Source: Marsupella aquatica (taxonomy: Eukaryota; Plantae; Marchantiophyta). From it: a DNA stretch of 64,000 bases. Location of the stretch: contig OZ316895.1 of the NCBI GenBank assembly GCA_973895155.1, forward strand, positions 22,766,558 to 22,830,557. Reading direction: 5' to 3'. Position 1 is the first letter of the stretch; each line of letters starts with the position of its first letter. The notes beneath the pieces were generated by a model. It was not told where the DNA came from and made no database searches. It saw only the letters and a list, made by a program, of their open reading frames with translations. Below are positions 14,970-27,188 of the stretch, piece by piece. Position numbers and translations under genes: made by a program.

Positions 14970-17900
14970 CATGCAACATGCATGAAGTTTGGCTTCTTGA
15001 TGTGTCATTGCATGATAAGAGAGAAGGGATATGTAGAAAGATCTTGAGGAGAGAAAAATAAATGTTGAAATATATAAGAATGTGGATAGTTAAAAGTTTT
15101 GATAGAAGTACATTTTATACTCTTTTTGGTTACCCGACTTGCAATTGGGGAGCTAAGGGTGGCTTTACAAGACATTAGGGGCACTTTCCACATTTGTTTT
15201 TGGTCTCCAAGATCTGATCAGGGCTATCCATTTGACACAAAGTGCTGTTGTTCACTTTACAAAACATTGGGGGCACTTCCAACCAAACATGTTACCAATC
15301 CTACATGGAATGGAGTGGGGTCCAAGTTTTGCTTATGTAAAGCACTCTTTTGTCCTAGATTTTAGACCTCCTCTCTTGGAGGTCTATTCTTCTGACTGGC
15401 CCCTTGGTCCATTTCTATTTTATGTCATTTGCATTAAAAAGGGACTCACAAGTCCTTGATAAGAACTTCTCTTGTCACATCTATAAAGACTTTAGCCAAA
15501 GAATAATTTGGCCAAAGAATATGTGACATTCAGGTTGAGTGGGTCCTCAATCTGTCTTTTTAGAAAATTAATCTAGCACCACTAGTTGCACTTTGATTTA
15601 CAAGACCTTGGGGGCCATAAAAGGATTCTAAAAATGCTTTTAGCCCCGGGACACTATATTGAGTGTGTGCAACGGCCCTCCAGTTTTCTTCAATGAAAAC
15701 CTCTCAAGCGCTCCAACCTCTTGTAAAGTCCCCCTAAGGCTTGCCCTCCATGAAATTCTCTAAAAAGAGTGAAAGCTTTTCCTTTATTTTGTTGTGATCT
15801 AGAATTAAAGTTAATAGAATGTTGAACAAACAAGGAGGCATGTGAATTGCAAGGGGCCTTATTGTTGTGACTTAATCATTGGGTGATTGGGAAATCAAGA
15901 ATGGTAGTTGGACCATGTGAAAAACAAATGATACCTGTATGGCTTGCTAATTGCGGTGAGGAGGTGATCTCTCCTGTGTTTCTGCCTCATCTTTTGTTGC
16001 TTGCAATTTGCAAACTTCAATTTTGTATTTGTTTTTGGAGTTAGGAGTACATTACTACAAATAATGTCCAAGTTTTGTTCAAAGATAAATATACCTCAAG
16101 TTAGGCTACAGAAAGTAATTTTATGTGTCCAATAAGTGTGCTATTTAAATGCTTAGCGGTGTTTTTTGTTTGGATAATTCTACTCTAAAGTTCATATGAT
16201 TGCAGATGAAAGGCTTAACATTGAGGAACAATCATGAAAAGTAAATGAAAGGAGGAGAAAGAAAAGGCCAAAGTCTTCCATGTTTCATGAAATGGTAAAC
16301 ATTTTATTTTATAATCAATAGTATATAATCTATCATAAGACATTTATTATTATAATTATATTACCATAATTTTGGAGAGCACATATTTGTAAGTAAAATC
16401 AAGATGAATTGATGAATCTCTGGGTGAAACATTTAGATTGTTTATGTTGGACTCAATCTTTGGTCTTGATATGATTTGAATTTGATTTGAAATTACTATG
16501 GTTCAAAATGTCAACCAAAAATGTTGGTGACTAAATTAAAGTGGTACAAATTAAATGTAGTTTAATTCTGATCATTAATCTCATTTGCGCAAATTCTAGT
16601 TAATGACTCGGGGGTCAACTACCAGAAATTGTATGAACCTCGTGCAATTCAAAATAGGTATTTTCAATGAAAATTACCTCAATTTTAAACCGTAAAAGAT
16701 AAAAAGGTGTTATAAACTCTTAGTATTAGAATATTCTTTAATATGTATTTTTTTATAAAAGTAAAATAGGTCATTAATATTGAAATATAGAATATTATTA
16801 TTTTCTTGTTTTTAAAATATGAATATTTATATTAGCCTAGGATTGCATGAGGTATCCCAAAACATATACTCAATTAAGACCCCTAGTTAAATGATCACCA
16901 TAATCCAACAAAAATCACCAAAAGCCATACTTTTTCTAAGGCCCCAGTTAATTTATGTAAGCTAATCACACTTACATCTAAGTTGGAAAATATTACATAT
17001 TAGATTTTTAATGAAATGGCTGAATTGCTCAATAACTAGATACTCTTTGAATATGATATTCATATCTTTTCTGTTAAAAAATGAAGAAAAAATTATCCAA
17101 ATTTTATTTGATTGTTATTTTTTAGTGAAAACATGTAGTTGGTGTGATTGAGTATTTACTGTCAATAAATGAAAAGTAATAATTTTCTTGTTAAATTTCC
17201 AATACATTTATCCTCGCTTGGAAATGAGATCACTTTGAAAAATTTGAAGAACACATGATCCTTCTAAAAATAATTGCAAAACAAAGCCCAAAGTATTTTG
17301 TAAAATATTAGAATGTTTTTTATTGAGATGGAATTTAGCCCACCCAAAATACAACAAAATATTCTAGAAAATGTAGTTTTAAGTAATTTTTATGTCATGG
17401 ATCCTTTAACTATTGAATCTGAAATGATATGTCTATCAATAAAATAATAGGAATAGAATGAAAATAACTCTTGTAGAGGATAATCTACATTTCTCAAGCA
17501 TTCAATAATTGATGGATACAATCATAAATAGACTATTTGCAAAGCTTATTCAAGATCAACATTGAGTGACTACAATTACACTTAATTTATGAATAATGCT
17601 AATATTATATTTTATTTAAATTATTTTTGTATTACTTTATGATTATTTTTTTGTCCTATTGTGAGGAAGTTTTTAGATTTCAAGGATACTCTTCCGAATG
17701 CAAGAGAAGAATAACTGCAATTATGTAAATACCCCTGGTTGCAAGATAACAATTACGTCACTATTTTTCTAAACCTGATGTTGTGAAATATGTTACATCA
17801 ATATATCCTTTATTTTTCACAAATGATTCTTATAATATAGCTCATAGTGATCATGATCATAATATTCATATTATGTTCATGACAGAGAATCTTTCCATGG

Positions 17901-18332
17901 AGGATCAAGATAAAAATCTAGATATTTTTGAGCATTGACAAAAGATTTCAATCGTATCTGCAATTTTTTTTGGATAATTTGTAAAGGGGGCATGCATATA
18001 TTGTCCAATATGTATGCCCCAAGGACCAATTTATGTCATTGGGATAACAATTAATGAAAAATTAGGTAATGCTTATATATTTTTAAATAAGAATGAACAA
18101 TCATGATTCATGAAATAACATAATATTGAGCATTTTTATCTTCTATATTTTATTACATTTTGATTTGTCATGATTTTGATAAGTTTAGAAAATTGAATAA
18201 AAGAATATGTTGTTGTTTGATGCTTTCTGTAAAACTATGATTATTATCATAGGTTGAGGTTGGACATTGTTTGAATAATATGTGATCAAATTTTGTTTTG
18301 TGAGTTTGCTTTGATGATTACGTGTTTAGGCT

Positions 18333-18634
18333 TTGAATATTGGGTAACCAGGTTGTGAAAGAATGACTAACACTAAATACATTCCGATCAATTTTTTAAA
18401 TTCAGACTTGAATATTAATATTTCAATTAATTGAATTTTTAAATTTAGGCTTGAATATTAGCAGTACTTCCTCGGAGGAGAAATTGAATATTGGGTAATC
18501 AGGTTGTGAAAGAATGACTAACACTAAATACATTCCGATCAATTTTTTTAAATTCAGACTTGAATATTAATATTTCAATTAATTGAATTTTTTAATTTAG
18601 GCTTGAATATTAGCAGTACTTCCTTGGAGGAGAA
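18333..18634. repeat. Tandem duplication of about 151 bp
   Basis: ttgaatattgggtaa...gcagtacttcct.ggaggagaaa at 18333 and 18484, near identical. Confidence 0.9.
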
Positions 18635-19216
18635 ATGTCTACTACATCCCATTCTTCCGACACAGATTTGTCACCAAATGAGATGCCCAAAAAGAGGCGT
18701 AGGAGTCAAAGGGGAACCAAAAGTTTATTGTAGCAAGTGAGAGAGTTAAGAAACGAATGCAGAGAGAGGGAGAGAAAGTGCGAATAGATGGAGAGAAAGT
18801 GCGAATAGATGGAGAGAAAGTGGACAAAGAGATTCAACAACATGGAAGGTGACGCTGAAGTATTAGCAGAGGTCCCAATAAAAACTTTAGCCGGAGACAT
18901 TGTATCGTTTATTAGAGTTAAAAAGGAGAACCAATGTCCTACGAGATTTGGGACTTTTTTTCATGACACAAAAATCAAAATTCTAGCAAATGCATTGAGC
19001 ATGGACAAAGCTGCTCTTACAACTTTATGCCATGGATGTCATTCAGATAGGAATGAGGCTGTCCATTGTGAGGATATTGAGTTGTTGAGAATCGAAGTGA
19101 AGAAATTCTCTTTATATTTCGAGAGATATCCAGGTTTAAAGTCTAAATTTTGCAAACAATATAGCTTAATTGTAAAGTTTGATAGTATTGATAATATGAT
19201 GCAACAGTGGTATTAG
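18635..19216 (+). pseudogene. Disrupted ORF of unknown origin (possibly transposon-derived)
   Basis: ATG 18635 MSTTSHSSDTDLSPNEMPKKRRRSQRG (NLS-like), then an in-frame TAG, a 21-nt internal repeat, and a 135-codon open frame 18809-19216 in very AT-rich DNA. No family recognised. Confidence 0.3.
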
Positions 19217-19316
19217 GATTCTTTATGACTGTCAAAAAATTAAATTATCATAAATTTGCATCAAAAACAAAAGAAAAAGTTTGAGACCCTCACTTGGGGG
19301 TTTTACTTCTACAAAT

Positions 19317-19577
19317 TGGCACATCATGTGCAACAAAGTATAAGGTCATTTTATTGGTTCTGAGTGAATACTTAAAAAATTATTGGACAAATATTAGGGT
19401 CTTTTAAATCTAATTTTGGAAGTTATAAGAACATTAGGGCCTTTTAATCAAGTTTTTGTAATATTCCAAGAACATCTAGCTTTATAAGGGTTAGAAAAAT
19501 AAGAATTCTTAAATTTTAGGAAGTCCAAGGCCTAATATGTCACAGGTGATGATGAGGCCTCCACATAATGAGACCCC
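19317..19577 (+). repeat. Dispersed ~265-bp repeat, copy 3
   Basis: tggcacatca...ggtcattttattggttct...cataatgagacccc, homologous to 9269-9535. Confidence 0.75.
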
Positions 19578-20356
19578 AAAGGCCCTCAATAGTTCATGAA
19601 GCCATTTGTAGTTGAGAGGTACCTTTACTCACGTACATTCACATTTTATTGTATCTACAATGATAACTGTAAATTTTTTACTAGCCCTTACTTGTCTTCT
19701 GACCTTTGTTTCTATGACAATATTCATAAAGTGTTCCCAAAAAGGTAGAATGCACCTGCCAAAATTTCTTAGTAAAACCAAGAATAAAACACTCATAAGC
19801 TACAAGATATGTATGATAAAATTTATGGTGTTTCTTTAGTGGCAAAAATTGCTAGAGTCCAGCTCTCCAGAATGTTTTTGCCAGTTTGGCAAAATTTTGT
19901 TAGGTTTTTTTTGTGTCTCACTAGCCAGAATCTAATAATCTTACTCAAATCTAGTGAGATCTAATGGTCAGAAAAAAATTGCAAACATTGCTAGCATCTT
20001 CTCCATTCCACAAAGGTCTCCACTCTGGCCAAAAAGGAAAAACCTTAGACATTACACTGGCAGGGACTCTGGCAAAAAAGAAAAAAAAAACCTTAAAGAT
20101 TATATTGGCAGAGGGTTATGAGCTATTACACAAGGTAATGTAGCGTGCAAGGAAACAGTAAACAATTCACTTGCATGAGCAAAAACTTTCTTCACATGAC
20201 CCCTAATTTTTCAATATCCAATTGCCTTGCTAACAGTAACATAACATCCATTTTGGGGACTCCTCTTTTTGCTAGCTATCTCACTAGTCATCTGGAATCA
20301 TAAATAACACACAAAAAATATGAAAGGTAGCAAAAGAAATTCAGAAACACAAGTGT

Positions 20357-20550
20357 CTCGCTAACAAAATTCCTGTTTGCTCGCATTATAGAATACCTCT
20401 CATACACACAACAATCCCCTCGCTAACAAAATGACTCTTTGCTTTGCTGGCATTATAGAATACCTCTCCTACACAAATGAAAACGATCCCCTCGCTAGCA
20501 AAATTCATGATTGCTCGCATTATAAGATACCTCTCCTCCACAAATGAAAA
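20357..20550. repeat. Three degenerate ~60-70 bp tandem units
   Basis: ctcgcta(a/g)caaaat...gcattata(g)aatacctctc...acac repeated three times. Confidence 0.75.
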
Positions 20551-21882
20551 GGACAAATTAAGGTGTCAGCGAGCTCTGATGTGCCTCCGACCTAAGGTAT
20601 CCTGTGCCTTTCTCGAGCTTTTACGAAAATGATCAGAACCTCCAAGCTCATAGGTGCAGCATCAGAATCGTTCCTCCTCGTTGCCATGATTGTGTTCCCT
20701 CTCATCCTCCTCCTCAACAGATTGATATGCCACACCAGCTACGTGTTGCACATTGAGCTCTCCATATCTCTTCACCGGATGTTCGGTCGTCACTCAACCT
20801 AATAAATCGTGCTGCTGATCGAGCTCTCCGCTGCTTTCAATAGTAAGTTGCTCTTATGTTTCCTTTATATAGTTTAAATCTGGGTTCTGCTCTATCTAGG
20901 AATGCTCGCACTCGCAGGCTGTCCCCTGTAGAGCTCATGCTCTCTGTTTAAAGCTCGAGGCGTCCGCTGGATCAACAAAACTTCCTCTCCCTGGGCTGTC
21001 AGAATCAAATTCAAGATTATTTTGGGAAGGAATTGGAGTGTTCCCCGATGGCATTATGAATGTTCCAGCACGTGAGGGATTGAATTTGTTTTCTGCTTTT
21101 ATTTCTGGTTGATCAATGATGATACTGCTATGATTCATGCAAATAGAGATTCGGGACTATTTCCGTGAAATCGACTCAAACAACTGGCAGTCACCCAAGA
21201 TGTTGGTGCACATGCATCAACATTTCGAAGAGCGGAAAGTCACATCCAAATGGAATCGAAATAGAATTGGAAGATGGAAATCATAGAAAGCAATCCGAAC
21301 TAGTTTGAGTGCGTCAGCCTGAGAAGTAAGTGCAAATATTTACTTCAAATAATTCGAACTCACTTCAGCTTTAATAGGATAAGCCACGCTGTCAATCGAT
21401 TCTGACAAGGGGTCGACTAGCTGAATGGATCGATTAGTCGACTAGACGAAAGTAGGCATTTGATCCAAACCTTTTACTTAAGATTGATTGAGAAACGTCT
21501 GATTATAAGACGACAACGAAGGAAATTGAGCAATTTGAGAATGTACTGAAACTAGTCTTGACGACTTAGAAACTAGGACCTGTACGCGAGTTCTTCCATT
21601 GCATACAAATCTCGCAGCGTTTCTTGTTTTTGGTGCTGCGCACTGGGCAGGCAGAGCACACCACAAAGTACAGAGCTGCATCTTTGCGGGTAATCCTTGG
21701 TAACGTAGGGTAACTCACCGTGCGTTCTGTGAGTATCATCCATTCCTCCTCAGATGTGGACTGACGTTTACCCTAAACCCTGACCCGTTTTTATTAGGTG
21801 AGGTAGTACGCGAGAAGCCAAACAGAGGACGAGTGACTGACTGCAGGGGACGCACAGAGCAGAGCGAAGGAGGTCGGAGGAG

Positions 21883-24208
21883 ATGGCGGATCAACCTGCT
21901 CGAGCTTTGATCGTTTACGGGGACGGCCTAGTCAGAGGCGTTGAAGCTCGCCATTCTCATATCCATGCTGTAGCTGCTGCTGGATGCTGTGGCTTCCTCG
22001 CTTTGCGGACTCAAGTTTCTCAAGAATGCTCTCCTGGTATGTTGGTCCCTATTTCAAATTCTGCTTATCATTTTACCCATCCTCGATAGGTATCTAAATT
22101 CCAAGCTTAACCGCACTCGTTTTAAATGTCTCCCTCGTCATTGTTCCTGCAATACTTCCTTCCAAACTTTCTTTGGTATATTCCTGTCGTGTTGTGCTTA
22201 CGAGAAAGATATCTTCGCTTGAAGGAGTGTGATCAGTCATTTTCCTACACTGAACAAATTATATTGTTTCCCTAGTCCACAATTTGAAAATTCTGATATG
22301 CATATTCAAATAGAGTGAGCGACGACGAGTAATGTTACGAAGTTCGACTGAAAATTGTGTACTCCATCACAAAATAGCAGATGATGACGAGAACAGAGTA
22401 ATTGGCGAGCTGGCACAACTTTTAGATCTTCACGATATTTATCAAGTGAGTGAGTGTCTTCTTTTGTTACAATCTCCTCCAGTCAATAAGAGTGCCCATC
22501 AAAAATGCTGTAAGCTACACAAGAATTTGTCTTATCAAACTTAGACTAGTCTAGCATCACCTGGCAGCTGATTGCAAATATTTACCTACCTGAACAGAGA
22601 AATCATTTTCATTTCTCAATGGCTATTGTTTGAAGTTCATGCATGTGACCATGAGTTGTCAATAAGTTCTCAGGAGAGTTCTCCCTTGTGCTTGGATTTA
22701 CACCTTCATGCAGAATTTATTCTATTGTTACTTGGTTTGGCGTCTGTGTTGACCAATTTGGTATAGGATAGGGATGTATGTATTATTGCAGATTAATATT
22801 TCGGTGGTGGGTCTGCAGAAAACAGCAGCTGCACGGGTGGGTATTACCTCTGATAGCACTATAGCTGAAGAAGAGCAAATTCCGTCCATGTCTGATAGGT
22901 GTGTGTCCTATCTGGACATTTCATGCCCACACTAAATATATTTGCTCTATTTGATGCGTACTTCCATCATGCCGTGTCTGTCTTATTTTGGAGGATAACC
23001 GACAATGAGCTGGATGATTGGCCCCATCTCTATTAGCTATGTTTTGTGCTCTCAAGTCGTTTCTAGAGTACTAAAATTTTATAATGCAGTAGTTGTGGGA
23101 ATCGTCTTGGGTTGATTCACCTACTTTGCTTCGTGCTTTGTCCCTGGAAGATATAATGACAGTCACGGTCATTAGCTATTATATGTGGAAACTTATCGGC
23201 CGTTGATGTTATCTTGCAGATTTATGGGTATCAAAGCATGCATGTTCACCAACTCGGGGCCTGCATCAGCACTTGGCAAACAAGCCGGCTTCTCTTTGCT
23301 GGAGGTGCAGGAGGGTAACCCAGTTTTTGATGATCATGCACCTCCAGACGCATCCACGACAGCAGCCCGGTTTCTAAGCTTGCTAGGTTTGCAAGAAGGT
23401 ACCGCCAACTCAGAGCAGACTAATTTTGACCTCCTGCTATTACATCTATCTGTCAAAGAGCAACTTTGCGGTCAACAAGTTGACTGGGTGGATTCATTAC
23501 TCGGGGAGCTTCAAGCAGCGGCAAAGCCTGGAACCGAGGCTGGCAGTCATTTATATCTTATCGTAGTGCTAGGGTTCGGGCCTGTTGCGTCAAATAAAGA
23601 CGATGGGTTCCCATTAGTTGTAGCGGATGAAAGACTTGCACCAAAATTTACCCAGCTGTTTCCTCAACAAAGCTATAAGAGGAAAGGAGGTCATCCTGTT
23701 GACGATGCCAGGTGAGTAGAGCTATTTCTAAGTATTCAAAACTTTTCACAACTGTATATTCTCTTGGGCCCTCTATACTGATTAAGATGCTGGGAGAAAC
23801 AGTAGCAGCCAGACTTGCACCAAATTGCAAGGAGTACACAATGCAAGTTGGTTACCACTGACGGTGTCTACATGCAGGGAGCATCATCCCTTGTTGGTTG
23901 CATACCACCTGGACGCTGTGACTCGGCGTGATGACGTGAAAATGTTTAATTACGACGAGTTTCAAAAGGTTTGTACCCTCTCCAACATGCTTGCCGATAC
24001 TCTGTCCTTACCTTAGAGATGGTATGTCCTTTGCAATAGCTCTGACTGTGGGAATCGCTTATCAGATTGAAGTCTTACTCTCATCTGCAATTTGTTGATC
24101 TTGCAAATTATTTCGCTGCAGCTCAGTGGAAATTTGACCATCCTTGTTGACCAATTCTTGGCCGAGATTGCTTTCAAGCTTTGGAAAGCTCCAAAGTATG
24201 GGGCGTGA
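21883..24208 (+). CDS. Conserved plant protein of unknown function, 6 exons, about 322 aa; degenerate ApgM/alkaline-phosphatase-superfamily-like
   Basis: Exons 21883-22036, 22381-22445, 22819-22898, 23220-23711, 23878-23968, 24122-24208; GT-AG and phase-consistent. Begins MADQPARALIVYGDGL and ends FLAEIAFKLWKAPKYGA*, matching my recollection of a plant uncharacterised family (Arabidopsis AT5G11810-like). Confidence 0.9.
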
Positions 24209-26556
24209 TCGTTCCACTGATGCAGCGCAACATAAAGAAGCAATTACGTTGGATCTTTCAAAAGGTACGAAACGAATTTCGCAAATACGGCGCCAATTGC
24301 AGTAATTGTTTATCTTCACTCTTTCAACAATTTTCTATTGTTGAAGTGACATGAAGCAGGTCCTGTTTGAATCCCTGGAAGAGATGGTTGGAATCCCTGA
24401 CTTGGTTATTCTCTTCATTTCCTTGTACAGGAGCGCTATAATTACATTTTAAAATCCAGCCAACTTTAAAGTGTTTTTGCAAGCTTAGCTACTGAAAGGG
24501 CACCATCAGAAAGATTTTCTTTAGCTTGGGAAATCCGGTAACAGTCGAATGCTAGAAGAAGTTGTATCCCTGAAAGTACTAGCTCATCTTTCTGCGGCCA
24601 AATTATAATTGTTCCTCATCGTGGTCCCAAAGCTTTGAAAATGTTCGTCACGAAGCAAATAACCTAGGGTGCGAATCTGCAGAAGAATGCCAATTGATAT
24701 TAGTGTTAAAATTCTTTTCTTGACCTTGTAAAAAGTGTTTCTGCTGTTTTTCAGCTCTACGAAGGACAAGGGGTTTCCGCAGAGGACGAGGTTTATCCTG
24801 GCCAAGTGAGAGGATTATTGTCACGTTTTCAAAGATGAAGGCAGTGATAATGCTGGTGCTTCACAACAGTAAAAGTAAAGTGCCTTTGCACACGAAAAGG
24901 AAGTTCAGTCAATCTTTGCAGAAGCAATGATGTTTCCGTTGGTTGAACAATATTGTAGTTTACGTGGAAAAAGTTGCGTAATTAACCACAAAGCATCCAA
25001 CAGACGAGAATTGAAACTGGCCTGGGCATGATGTTTTACTGAACTGATACAGACCTATGAACTTCTTTAGAAATGAGGCAAGCATTGACACACTTCTCAG
25101 GAAGAACCGTAGTGCTTTAGAGATTAGTAAGACAATTTGAAGGGAGATCAAACACGGAAAGAGAATACGAGATCACTTGAGCACCTTATCAGGTGCATCA
25201 TGGACTTAGTACACCCACTTCATGTCATTTGTAAATGCGGCTCTGGCAGTTTAGGGCTGAAGTAAACAACAAATTTTGTCATGGTAACTTGATGAGCTAA
25301 ACACCTGTCTGATAGAACACACTTTACTTTGGCACCAAAGAGTTGCCGTAACCTCGATTTTCTTCTTCATTGGTGGAAAAAATAATATAGATTCTATTTG
25401 GAACCTTGGCGATACTGTGAAACGTTTCTTCGGCTTTTCTTGGTTGACAGTGCACCAAAATGTATTTCAAGACACCTGTGACAGAAACCAGCAGGCGACA
25501 AAGAATGTATATCAAGGCACCTGTGTCACAAACCAGCAGGCGACAAAGAAGTTGCAAACTTGTCTTTTGAGGCTCCCCCAAAGGGCTTTCCACACTGTTG
25601 CAAGTATCGACCAAAATGAAAATTGATATACGTTGGAACTAAGTCACCAACGACCATACTCATAAATGTTGGGTTTCGTAGAACTCTCAACTCACAAACC
25701 TATTGGATCGACAATCCATAAAGTACTACAAGATCATTAGTTTACCTCCCCCTCACAATTTCATTAGAAGCATGAAATCATGATTTGTTGAAGCCTTAGG
25801 CACATCTTGGGCCAGAGTCAACAATGCCCAAAAGTAGATTGTTCCTGTTTTTTGTTTATAAACTGCTAATAGTCAGGTAAGCCATATGGTTTTGAGTGTT
25901 CCCATGTATGTCTCCCTAGAGAAATCTAGCCAAAACGTATTACAGTAGTAGTACAGAGAGTGTATAAGTGATATATGCATGTGTACGCTCATAACAAAAA
26001 TACACATGTATTGTGGTTCAGTGGGGAATTACCTTCACGTATGCCAACTGCATATTTTATACATTACAAAAGAAATTGCTGAAATATTACGGGCTTACGT
26101 GGCCATCCTGCACTTAGCCAGGGAATCCACTCATAGACCCTATACTTATGTATGTAGAAAGTCCAGTATACAAGGCCCACAATGCTCCCCTAACAGCACA
26201 GTATATATTGAAAGGCCTAAAAGATTTTTTATTTTCAAGTAATTTCAGTAAAAGTATAGGAAATCTTCATAATGAGCTGATACACATCTTGGCTCTCCAT
26301 TCTTATTGCCTTGAAAATACGAAGAGAGAAATTCCAATTCTTCACTCTGCATTCCACTCCAATATTGCCCTGAACAGACGAAGAGAGAATTCACTCCATT
26401 CTTCTCCGATATTGCCCTGCAAAATACAAAGACAAAATTCACAAATGGCATGTGAAAAATCAAGGAGGGCACTAAACAAGGTAGGCTATGTACAGTATTG
26501 CTTAGATTTTGTGTAAATTTCTCACTAGGTTTTACACAAACCCATAAAATCTCTTA

Positions 26557-26915
26557 CTCTCTCTCTCTAAACATGGGTCTCGATGATATACGGTTTAAGG
26601 TTTAAGACTTAGCTCCTCTTTCTCTCTCTCTCTAAACATGGGTTTCGATGGTATAGGGTTTAAGGTTTAAGACTTAGCTCCACTTTCTCTCTCTCTCTAA
26701 ACATGGTTTGGATGGTTTAGGGTTTAAGACTTAGCTCCTCTTTCTCCCTCTGTCTAAACATGGTTTTCGATGGTATAGGGTTTAAGGTTTAAGACTTAGC
26801 TCCTCTGTGTAAATCTCTCGCTAGGTTTAAGGTTTAAGAACACGAACCCATAAACTCTCTTTCTCTAAAATCACGAGTGTCGAGATTATAGGGTTTAAGC
26901 TTTAAGACTTAGCTC
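26557..26915. repeat. Tandem 57-65 bp units with (CT)n and telo-box (TAGGGTTT) motifs, upstream of the Pol I A49 gene
   Basis: ctctctctaaacatgg...ggtttaaggtttaagacttagctc four times plus a degenerate fifth; TAGGGTTT at 26654, 26718, 26776, 26889. Confidence 0.85.
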
Positions 26916-26963
26916 GTCGACTTCCTTGCATAGAGAAGAGTTCCGGCTTCCCTCTTGTGTTTC

Positions 26964-27188
26964 CTCTCTCTTGCTCTGTTCATCTCTCGAGCAAAAATCG
27001 CTCAAGCAGCGCTGTACTCTGTTTCGAAATTTCGAAATCTCTCTCTTGCTCTGTTCATCTCTCGAGCAAAAATCGCTCAAGCAGCGTCGTACTCTGTTTC
27101 GAAATTTCATAATCTTTCTCTTGTCTGTTCATCTCTCGAGCAAAAATCGCTGAAGCAGCGCTGCGATCTATTTCTAAATTTCGAAATG
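26964..27188. repeat. Three 75-bp tandem units ending at the A49 start codon
   Basis: ctctctcttgctctgttcatctctcgagcaaaaatcgctcaagcagcg...aaatttcgaaat at 26964, 27039, 27114; the third unit ends in ATG at 27186. Confidence 0.9.

Noticed and set aside
20605-20640. Resemblance to the U2 snRNA 5' end (cctttctcg..ctttt)
   Set aside because: Match ends after about 16 nt; no GTAGTA branch-pairing region, Sm site or snRNA promoter.
20935-21000. Partial similarity to miR408 arms
   Set aside because: Several mismatches to the mature sequence and no fold-back precursor.
27021-27037. Heat-shock-element-like TTCGAAATTTCGAA
   Set aside because: TTC-GAA spacing does not fit nGAAnnTTCnnGAAn.
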